A stretch of DNA of 64,000 nt. It comes from a virus. Below the pieces are notes generated by a model, which searched no databases, was not told the DNA's origin, and was given only the letters and a program-made list of their open reading frames with translations. The stretch spans positions 1 to 64,000 of IMG/VR virus record IMGVR_UViG_3300023184_004051; one strand, written 5' to 3'. This document shows positions 28,285-36,348 of the stretch, in pieces (positions within the stretch are counted from its first letter, which is position 1; each line of letters begins with the position of its first letter). The position numbers and the translations under genes are program-made.

Positions 28285-29769
28285 ATGATTAGAGTTCCGG
28301 GCGACGACCCAACGACTGTATCTTTCATTCAGAAAGGTGTCGAAGCAAACAACGGGCGTATTGCCTCCGAGCAAGTCACGAAGGCCGCTGCCGCTGAAGT
28401 GGTCGCTCGCACCGCTTTTGAGAACGCCAACTACCGTTTGGAAAAGGCTACCGAAACTCTGAAGGCTAGTGAAATCGCTTACCAAGAGGCCGTTGCCAAA
28501 TCAGCGTGGAACAAGGAACAAGTGCGAGCCGTCTACAACAACGCTCTCGCAGGCTTCCGTGACGCAGACCGCAATGCTGAAATCGCCGCAGAACAGTTTT
28601 CTTTGGCTAAGGCTGCTCTCGGTGGACTTCGTTCAGTCGCTAAGGCTGGCATCAGCAACGGCAACGAACTGAAGGCCGCTGTCAAACTCGCTAAGACCCC
28701 AGAGGAAAAGAAAGCCTGTGTGGATGCTGCTGAAAAGTTGAAGTTGGTCTTTTTCCTGCCTAAGGGTTGGAAGGCCGAAGCCGACAAGATGGTTGCAAAG
28801 TCAAGTTTCACCTCAGCCGAGCGTGCATCGTTCGTTGAAGCCGAGCGCAAGGCTCTGTCCATCAAGGACAAGCAACCGCACATCGCTTTGGAAATCTTGA
28901 ACAATGTTGCTGATGCCTACGCTATAGAGGCTGGCGATGCCAAGCAAAAGGGCGACCTCGCTACTTTTCAGCGCCTCGCTGCCGAAGGTGGTCGTGTGCG
29001 TGGTTTGGCTACCCAAATCCGCCAAGAAGGTTTTGACAACAAGTATCCCGTTCAAGATGTCAAAGACATCACCAACCTCCCTTTGGAAGTCGTTGGTAAA
29101 ACTGCAACTACTAACATTACGAAAGAAGTGATTATGCCCGATGCAAAGATTTTAGTCGTTTGCCCTTCCTGTGGTGGCGACGGCCCCGCCTCTTGCGAGA
29201 TGTGCGGTGGTGAAAAGATGGTTCCTGAGGCTGCATACCACGCCGCTTGGGGCAACAGCGACTATGACGACGAGCCGGGAATGGCCTTCACCACGAAGTC
29301 CCTCTTGACCCGTGACTTCCAAAAGTCCGTCGGCTACCAGAACTACATTTTCACTAAGGGCGGCCCCGGCTCAGGCGAAGGCCCCGGTCACCCGTTCCGT
29401 GGAAACCAGTGGACTGGTGGGCAAAGCGCAGGTGGTCGTCTTATCCACGAACGCGAGGGCCACAAGGTCACGATGAAGCGTTATGAGGAAGGCGCTGCCG
29501 CTCACAAGGCTGCTGCTGAAGCGCAGAAGGCTATCGCTCGTGGTCACGAGAGTCAGGGTCGCCACGCTAAGGCCGCAGAAGCCCACCGTGCCGCCGCCGA
29601 ACACCACAAGGCCGCTGCCGGTTTCCACGAAGGCATTGCCGGTATTCACCAAAAGGTTCACGGCGACGAAACTGCTCGCTCGGAACACCGTGGCGAAGCC
29701 GCCAAGCAACGTGTGTATCAGGGTCGCTCCACCGCCGAAGCCGCACGCTTGGAAGCCTTGGCTGCCTAG
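28285..29769 (+). CDS. Modular helical protein with zinc ribbon and a tagged His-rich C-terminal domain
   Basis: CPSCGGDG...CEMCGG; TKGGPGSGEGPGHPFRGNQW; HRAAAEHHKAAAGFH. Confidence 0.75.
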   Translation: MIRVPGDDPTTVSFIQKGVEANNGRIASEQVTKAAAAEVVARTAFENANYRLEKATETLKASEIAYQEAVAKSAWNKEQVRAVYNNALAGFRDADRNAEIAAEQFSLAKAALGGLRSVAKAGISNGNELKAAVKLAKTPEEKKACVDAAEKLKLVFFLPKGWKAEADKMVAKSSFTSAERASFVEAERKALSIKDKQPHIALEILNNVADAYAIEAGDAKQKGDLATFQRLAAEGGRVRGLATQIRQEGFDNKYPVQDVKDITNLPLEVVGKTATTNITKEVIMPDAKILVVCPSCGGDGPASCEMCGGEKMVPEAAYHAAWGNSDYDDEPGMAFTTKSLLTRDFQKSVGYQNYIFTKGGPGSGEGPGHPFRGNQWTGGQSAGGRLIHEREGHKVTMKRYEEGAAAHKAAAEAQKAIARGHESQGRHAKAAEAHRAAAEHHKAAAGFHEGIAGIHQKVHGDETARSEHRGEAAKQRVYQGRSTAEAARLEALAA

Positions 29770-29786
29770 TCAGTTCCAAAACTCAC

Positions 29787-29842
29787 GGCTAGCCGCCACT
29801 ACTGAAATCCCGAAGTATGGGATAAAGTAGTGGCGGTTAGTC
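29787..29842. repeat. 17-bp inverted repeat overlapping a putative -10 box
   Basis: GGCTAGCCGCCACTACT...AGTAGTGGCGGTTAGTC with inner ATCCC/GGGAT; TAAAGT at 29823. Confidence 0.7.
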
Positions 29843-29859
29843 ATTTCTAAGGGGAACCA

Positions 29860-30147
29860 ATGCGTAATCCATTCGAGACAGCAGAACTTACGAAGTCGCT
29901 GGGAGTGTGGATTGCGAAGGCTCGTGAGGTGGAAATCCACAAGGCGGGGAACGCACAAGGTCTGATTGACTGGTACAACAACGGTGCTGATGGTCAAATC
30001 AACTGGGGCGAACACGGGGACTTTGATGCCTGTGTCGCTATTGCTGGAAAATACCTTGACAACCCCGAAGGGTTTTGTCAGAACCGTCACATTGACGCAA
30101 CCGGCGAACCTGCTGGAAAAGCACCCGGCGAAGCACAGGAAAAGTAG
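29860..30147 (+). CDS. Small head-associated domain protein
   Basis: INWGEHGDFDACV...KYLDNPEGFCQNRH..ATG resembles a motif recalled from actinophage head proteins (unverified). Confidence 0.7.
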   Translation: MRNPFETAELTKSLGVWIAKAREVEIHKAGNAQGLIDWYNNGADGQINWGEHGDFDACVAIAGKYLDNPEGFCQNRHIDATGEPAGKAPGEAQEK

Positions 30148-30153
30148 TTCCTG

Positions 30154-30351
30154 ATGGAAGTTAGCGACTTTTTCAGTGACAACCTCGCGCCTAAGACCGC
30201 TAAGACTTTGGAAGCGGAGAAGTTCACCAAGGCTACGGCGAAAGGTTCTTGGGACTTCAGCACCAATGGGCTACTCAAAGTAGTCATTCCTACCCCTGTT
30301 TCCAAAACTAAGTCGCTGGATTTCAGCACGTCCGCCCTTCTCTCGGAGTAG
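30154..30351 (+). CDS. Small protein made of repeated DF(S/F)xxxL motifs
   Basis: DFFSDNL, DFSTNGLL, DFSTSALL. Confidence 0.6.
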   Translation: MEVSDFFSDNLAPKTAKTLEAEKFTKATAKGSWDFSTNGLLKVVIPTPVSKTKSLDFSTSALLSE

Positions 30352-30354
30352 GAA

Positions 30355-33300
30355 ATGTTCCAACCGAACTTCGTCACCTTCACCAACACTGACATCGCAG
30401 GTCGTGAACCCCTAGAGGGGAAGTTCATCGGCAACCAAAATAACGGTTTCTCGTTTGTTCGATTTGCTGATGGCTCCGGCGGTTTGGAAAAGGAGATGAA
30501 GGACTGGGTTGGGAACAAGACGGGTCGGCTCTACCCTGCTGAAATCTTGGCAGCGCAGGAGTATCTGGCTGGTCGTGTGGGCAAGGCAATGAACGCCCCC
30601 ATCCGTGATTGCTATTTCACTAGCCCCACGAAGGTCATTATGCCCTTCATCAACGGAACGCCTGCAAACGAAAAATACGAAACTGAACTTCCAAAAGGCG
30701 CTCAGGGAACAGCACTCAAACTCTTTGACTACTTCGTGGCAAACGCAGACCGCCGCCCCAAGAACTGGATTACCACATCAGATAATCGCATCGTCGGCAT
30801 TGACCACGCTCTGTGCAACTTCCGCCCACGCACTCCACAACCGGAGTTCGTTGCTGAAATGTGGAATAACGGCTTGACACTTGAAGGTTTGGAACGCCTC
30901 CGACCAAAGTTCGTCGCCCTTGCCAACGAGTTCAGCACATTGGGTATGGCAGACAAGCACCAAAACCTGATGGACAACTTTGACCGCCTGTTTGCCGCTT
31001 TCCAAATCCTTGACCAAGTAGCCGTTGTGGTGAAAGACGCACTCACGCCACCGAAGGGTGTGCAAGAAGCGGCTCAGCGAGCATTGGGCTGGTTGAAGGA
31101 AGGGAAGGCTGGCTCTGGTTTCACCCCTGTGGGTCGTAAGCGTGCATCTGACCTCGCTAACGCCCACCCTGTTTCACTAGACACCCTGAAGCGGATGAAG
31201 GCATACTTTGACCGCCACCAAGTAGACAAGAAGGCAGAGGGCTTTCAGCAAGGCGAGGATGGCTACCCATCTGCGGGTCGAGTCGCTTGGGATGCTTGGG
31301 GTGGTGATGCCGGTTGGTCGTGGGCAAAGTCAGTTTTGGAAAGCGAAGTCCGCAAAGAGGAAATCGGTCACGAGTTTCACGGTAATCAGCACACGGGTGG
31401 CATCGGAGGCGGAGGGGAAGCACCACGCCAAGTAGACCCGGGGCGCAATCAAGTCGGCCCCGGAAGGAACCAAGCCTCAGTCGCACCGGAGGCTGCTGAA
31501 AAGCCTGCCGAACCAAAGGAAACAGCAGAGAAGCCAAAAGAGCCTGAGAAGCCCGAGGACAAGAAATCCGAGGACAAGAAGCCTGAAGGTCAAACCAAGA
31601 AGGAATGGGCGCAAGCACAAGCGCAGAAAATCCTTGATGGTGAAATGCCGACCATCCCGCCAGACCAACTCCTTGACTTCTTTCGCCAAGTCACCGAACT
31701 TCCTAAAGAGTTCCAAACCGTTGACGCTACTGAAATCAAGACCGGCACAGAAGGGCCGAGAGGCCCACTGTTGGGCGACGAGGGAGTAGGCGGTGGTATT
31801 TCCCGCAAGGAGATGCCGCAAATCACAGAGGAACAACGCCCAGAGTTCCTAAGTATGCTGGAAACTGAACACGGCGTAAAGACCACCGAGGAACGGGTTG
31901 ACCCCACCACGCTCTCCCCCTACCAAAAGGAGATGGTTGCTGGAAACATCGGTGGCATCATCGCCAAAAACCCGACGGGATTGCCAGACAGCAGCCGTAT
32001 TCTCGTGTCTAGCGATGGCATCGTGATTGACGGTCACCACAACTGGGCGGCGGCAGTTGCCCTGCACGAAGGCTTGGATAGTCACCCCACACTTCCAATC
32101 TACCGAGTGGATATGCCCGCTTCCAAACTCATCCCCATTGCCACAGCGTTTGGTGATGCAAAGGGCAATCCCCGTATGGGAATGGTTCGCAAGGCCGAAC
32201 TGCGTCGTGTGCTGAAAAAGGCATACGGCAAGAACGCTCACGGGGCTACCAAGTCTATTTTGGAAATGATTTCAGCCCACGCTCGCAAGCGTGTCAAAAA
32301 GTCGTTCAACTACACAAACTTCATCCCCAAAAAGGATGAGCAGTCGTGGGGCAACTTAGGTGAAGGCATCTCCGTTCCAAAACAGGAAGCCGCTAGCCCT
32401 GCTGATGACTTGGCGCTCCGAGCCTTGAACCTGCGTGAAAAACAGCGTTATGAAAGCGCCGGATTTATGCACGAGCGAGCCGCAGCGGCATATCGAGCGC
32501 AGGCTGAAAAAGCAAGTGATGAAGCCGAACGCACATTGCTAGAGAGCAAGGCGAAAGACCAAGACTACGAAGCCAAAGTTGCACATTTCACTGACCAGAT
32601 GGGAGAGGGACACTCCCCCTCCGAGGTCAACAAAGGCGACACACCCGGACATCCTTTCCACGGAAACCAATGGACAGGTGGGAAGGGCGGTGGTGAAATG
32701 CCTGACAACATTGCCGTTTTCGCCCGCAACCTCAAAGAGTTCTACGACGCTGGTGGAAAAGTAGAGCGCATTGACAACTACGACAAAATGCAGGAAATCC
32801 AAAATCAAGTTCAGGACATTATGAGGAAGCCTGAATACAAGCAAATGGATGCTCGTCACCAACAAGGCATCCGCTTCTTAGCCGAAGCCGCCCTTCACGC
32901 CAAAGCCGGTGTCAATAACGCAAATAGTGAAAACTATGGCATTACTTCGTCACACTTGTTCGTTGCTCGCGATAAAGACGGCGAGATGGTATCTGCCGTC
33001 AACATCACCACTCACGAAAGTGGCGTTCGTTTGGGCGACCTCAAAGGCCCTGAAGTTCCACACGCCTCTATTGGCTATCTCGGCTCTACGGGAACGATGC
33101 CGGGTGCGGCAACAGCCCTTATGGAGCAGGCGCTCCAACTTGCCGCTGAAAAGGGCTTGACCGTCACCTACGAGACAACCCCTGACAGCCAGCCATACCA
33201 CGACAAGTTGGGTGTCCAAACGCTCAACTACCGAGGTCTACAAGGGTTTTCACCAGAAAGTGCAGCCGAAGTCGCAGCACTTCCAAATCCAAAACCGACC

Positions 33301-34101
33301 ATCATCAAGTCCAAAATCACCAAGGGCGATGTGCCGGGTCATCCGTTTCGTGGTAATCAGTGGGAAACAGGGGAAGGCGGTGGTGAAAACCAACGGTTTG
33401 AGCGATTTCCAACGCCTAACGAGGTAGGCGGAGAAGCCCACTTCAACTACATTTGGACCCGTTCACGCAGTTGGTATCCCAACGAAGGTCAAGACCCCAC
33501 AAAAGCCCTTGTTCCAAGAACACCAACTCACGATGATTTGATGAACGCTGCTAGGCAATGGAAGGGCGACCCAAAAGTTCTACGGGCAATGTTGCCAGAG
33601 ATTGTTGGTGGAATAGGCAACCCACCTTGGGTTTCGTCTGTGCAAGAGGATGACCGTGCCGCCTGTGCCGCATTACTCAACGAAGTCACCACGAACGCCC
33701 AAGAAAGCACCGGAACGCTCTGGCGTGGAATGACCCTTGGTAGTTCCAACTCCACGGTAGAGGAAATAATGCAACGCTTCACGGTTGGCGAAAAAACCGA
33801 TGTTCCAATCTCCGGCTTTAGTGAAAACCGCAACCACTCAATGAGGTTTTCTGTCGGCGGGGCGGGGCGTGAACGACAACCGGGGGTTCCGGTAATGTTT
33901 GCCCTTAGTTCGGGCGCACAAGGACTACCGCTAGACGGCAATCTTTATCGTGGGCAGTATGCCTACGAGAAGGAGTGGGTCGTTGGTGGTGAAATGCGAG
34001 TGGACAAGGTTGAGACAATGGGTTCAGGCAACAAGCAATACATCAAGGTTTCTATGACCCAGACACAACCACTAACAGCACCGGAAGGTGGCTTCCGATG
34101 A
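30355..34101 (+). CDS. Polyvalent protein: HipA/PI3-4-kinase-like, WDAWGG domain, ParB-like, GNAT and ADP-ribosyltransferase
   Basis: DYFVANADRRPKN...IDHAL; RVAWDAWGGDAG; MPQI...ILVSSDGIVIDGHH; GAATALMEQA...YHDKLG; LWRG...SGFSE...EKEW; 3 tags. Confidence 0.8.
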   Translation: MFQPNFVTFTNTDIAGREPLEGKFIGNQNNGFSFVRFADGSGGLEKEMKDWVGNKTGRLYPAEILAAQEYLAGRVGKAMNAPIRDCYFTSPTKVIMPFINGTPANEKYETELPKGAQGTALKLFDYFVANADRRPKNWITTSDNRIVGIDHALCNFRPRTPQPEFVAEMWNNGLTLEGLERLRPKFVALANEFSTLGMADKHQNLMDNFDRLFAAFQILDQVAVVVKDALTPPKGVQEAAQRALGWLKEGKAGSGFTPVGRKRASDLANAHPVSLDTLKRMKAYFDRHQVDKKAEGFQQGEDGYPSAGRVAWDAWGGDAGWSWAKSVLESEVRKEEIGHEFHGNQHTGGIGGGGEAPRQVDPGRNQVGPGRNQASVAPEAAEKPAEPKETAEKPKEPEKPEDKKSEDKKPEGQTKKEWAQAQAQKILDGEMPTIPPDQLLDFFRQVTELPKEFQTVDATEIKTGTEGPRGPLLGDEGVGGGISRKEMPQITEEQRPEFLSMLETEHGVKTTEERVDPTTLSPYQKEMVAGNIGGIIAKNPTGLPDSSRILVSSDGIVIDGHHNWAAAVALHEGLDSHPTLPIYRVDMPASKLIPIATAFGDAKGNPRMGMVRKAELRRVLKKAYGKNAHGATKSILEMISAHARKRVKKSFNYTNFIPKKDEQSWGNLGEGISVPKQEAASPADDLALRALNLREKQRYESAGFMHERAAAAYRAQAEKASDEAERTLLESKAKDQDYEAKVAHFTDQMGEGHSPSEVNKGDTPGHPFHGNQWTGGKGGGEMPDNIAVFARNLKEFYDAGGKVERIDNYDKMQEIQNQVQDIMRKPEYKQMDARHQQGIRFLAEAALHAKAGVNNANSENYGITSSHLFVARDKDGEMVSAVNITTHESGVRLGDLKGPEVPHASIGYLGSTGTMPGAATALMEQALQLAAEKGLTVTYETTPDSQPYHDKLGVQTLNYRGLQGFSPESAAEVAALPNPKPTIIKSKITKGDVPGHPFRGNQWETGEGGGENQRFERFPTPNEVGGEAHFNYIWTRSRSWYPNEGQDPTKALVPRTPTHDDLMNAARQWKGDPKVLRAMLPEIVGGIGNPPWVSSVQEDDRAACAALLNEVTTNAQESTGTLWRGMTLGSSNSTVEEIMQRFTVGEKTDVPISGFSENRNHSMRFSVGGAGRERQPGVPVMFALSSGAQGLPLDGNLYRGQYAYEKEWVVGGEMRVDKVETMGSGNKQYIKVSMTQTQPLTAPEGGFR

Positions 34102-35465
34102 ACCTCACCAAGTATTACGAATGGGGCTTTGACGAGCCGTTGTTCCCACGAGACGGCTCAATCACCAAGGGCGACCTTCCCGGACACGTATTCCACGGCA
34201 ATCAGTTCGTTGAGGTCGGTGGCGCTGGCACAACCACTTCAGCACGGAAGCCACGAGCCAAATCCCCCACCATCGCTGGTCTACCGAAGGGCTGGAAACT
34301 GAAGTCCAAGGATGGAAGCCGCATTGTCCTGACTTCCAAAAACGGCAACACGGCCATCTTTGCCACCCGCTCACGGGGTTGGAAGCCTGCTGAAAAGTAT
34401 TCGCAGATGGTTTTGGAAACTATCGAGAACCAAACCTCCGGCAAAACTGTCAACTTCGTTGCTGAAGCAAATGTCGGTAGAGATGCACTTGCTTATGTGA
34501 CAAGCGCAGACCCAAATATCGTAAATATGGGGCGCTACTCGGAGGTTGTCCAAACCCTTGACCATCAGCGTGAGCAGTTTGAGAAGCAAGTGACGAATAC
34601 AGCACTTGTTGGCGCAGACTTGTCGCTGGCGCTGATGGAAATGGCAAAGGGAACGCCTGAGCGTGAGGAACTTATCACCAAGATGGCGGAGTTGTATGAC
34701 CAACAGCCACGCACCGAAGCGATGACGAATAACCTCCACAACTCCTGCGCCTCCTTCGTTTCACCACAGAAAATCATTGAGACAATGGTGGCGCACGAAC
34801 TCGGCCACTCGGACTTCTTTTCCGAGGGTCACAAGATTAGTGAAATCTATCCCGCACTCACCGAAGCGGTGCAAGCGGCGGGGGTAGCAAATCGTTGGGC
34901 TATCTCTGGTAGTTATGCTCGTTTCACCGATGCAAGTGCGTGGGAGGCTAGCCAACGGGATGCTTACGCGGAAGTCCTCAGGGGAACACCAAGAAAATAC
35001 ACAGGCTTTGATGTGGGCAACGGGGTCGTTGTTAGCCGTGCTGATTACATTGACTACCGGATGAAGGAGGGGAGCGGAAGTTATCCTGTGAGCGTTTCCA
35101 CCCAAAAAGTATTGCGTGAGATTGGCGTGACGACTTACGGTTCCACCAAACTCCAAGAGGTTGTTGCCGAAGCACGAGCGATGTATTCCGTGCCACAACT
35201 TCCAAAATCAGCCCTGACGATGCGGATTGCCGGAATACTTGGTTGGGATAAGACAAACAAATCTGCTAAACTGTGGTTTATGAAGTCTGAGGATGACCTT
35301 CCACCTGTGAGCGCCAACGAATATTTGGACAAAGACGGCAACTTGATTGCTCGCGTCTTTGACAATGTTGATACCTCGGGCGTTGCCATCACCATCGTCG
35401 GGACAGTCGTGTTCCTGCCTGATGGCACGACGATGAGCCTTGCTGATTACAACGCAACTCACTAA
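34098..35465 (+). CDS. Tagged zincin-like metallopeptidase
   Basis: TKGDLPGHVFHGNQF; VAHELGH (HExxH); TYGSTKLQEVVAEA supplies the likely third ligand. Confidence 0.78.
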   Translation: MNLTKYYEWGFDEPLFPRDGSITKGDLPGHVFHGNQFVEVGGAGTTTSARKPRAKSPTIAGLPKGWKLKSKDGSRIVLTSKNGNTAIFATRSRGWKPAEKYSQMVLETIENQTSGKTVNFVAEANVGRDALAYVTSADPNIVNMGRYSEVVQTLDHQREQFEKQVTNTALVGADLSLALMEMAKGTPEREELITKMAELYDQQPRTEAMTNNLHNSCASFVSPQKIIETMVAHELGHSDFFSEGHKISEIYPALTEAVQAAGVANRWAISGSYARFTDASAWEASQRDAYAEVLRGTPRKYTGFDVGNGVVVSRADYIDYRMKEGSGSYPVSVSTQKVLREIGVTTYGSTKLQEVVAEARAMYSVPQLPKSALTMRIAGILGWDKTNKSAKLWFMKSEDDLPPVSANEYLDKDGNLIARVFDNVDTSGVAITIVGTVVFLPDGTTMSLADYNATH

Positions 35466-35680
35466 CCCCTAAACCGCTACGGGCGTTCACAAAGCCCCCG
35501 CAAGTGCCATTTCACTAGGGAAAACACGCCACCCGTGTTCCAAAGTTGCCATCGAACAATCGTTCGGGTAAAGTATTCCAACCCCCAATGGCTACCCAAA
35601 GGAGGCGTTGTGCTTCACAACACCACTAACAGCAACGGCTACCAAGCCGCCAATGAAGTGAGCAGGGTTGAAATAGAGCC

Positions 35681-36295
35681 TTGTGTGTCCTATCCCTCGT
35701 CAAAGGCAGGCGCGTGGTAGTTGCGGTGCGAGGAATGGCTCTCGCACTCACAGTCTCGCTCTGCATTTTGCTATCGGGAGGAAGTCAGGTTTCACCACCC
35801 GCTTCCGCCACGCCCGAAAACTGCAATCACGGATGTAGTTGGACAATCAACGGTTTGACCTACAAGGTTCCAAACCGAACCTTCAACATCAGGCCGACGA
35901 CGACAACGACAACTCCCCCCATCACCACTACAACGGTTCCACCTGTCACGACAACGACAGTGAAACCGTATGTCGCCCCTCCGGTTGTTCCAAAAGTCAC
36001 TACAACGACTGTCGCCCCAAGCCCCATCAACGGTAATCCCTATGGGGTCACGGCTGCTGATGTGGCTGCGTGGACACGAGTTGCCATTTGTGAGGAAGGT
36101 GGCAACTGGCACATTCGTGGTGGAATGTACTCAGGCGGTCTTGGCATCAGCAACTACAACTGGTCGTATTACTCACGAGGTATGGGCGTTCCTGCCAACG
36201 CTGCTGATGCAACGCCAATCCAACAGATTGCGGTTGCTAAAAAAATCAACGCTGGGTATCAGGTTCCCGACCAATACGGGTGCGCCGCTTGGTGA
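35681..36295 (+). CDS. Secreted Rpf-like lytic transglycosylase
   Basis: Signal peptide, Thr/Pro linker, W.RVAICEEGGNW...YSGGLG...W...ADATPIQQIAVA. Start uncertain (35681-35735). Confidence 0.85.
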   Translation: MCVLSLVKGRRVVVAVRGMALALTVSLCILLSGGSQVSPPASATPENCNHGCSWTINGLTYKVPNRTFNIRPTTTTTTPPITTTTVPPVTTTTVKPYVAPPVVPKVTTTTVAPSPINGNPYGVTAADVAAWTRVAICEEGGNWHIRGGMYSGGLGISNYNWSYYSRGMGVPANAADATPIQQIAVAKKINAGYQVPDQYGCAAW

Positions 36296-36348
36296 AAAGT
36301 AGACCATAGGCACGGCATCCAAAACCGTGTCTATGGTACTCTTTCGCT

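Noticed and set aside
21462-34208. Repeated tags as a CRISPR array or DNA repeat element
   Set aside because: Copies are in frame within ORFs, irregularly spaced and diverge at synonymous sites; there is no repeat-spacer periodicity.
35466-35734. c-di-AMP (ydaO) riboswitch upstream of the rpf-like gene
   Set aside because: Expected by analogy with rpfA, but I could not find the conserved riboswitch motifs.
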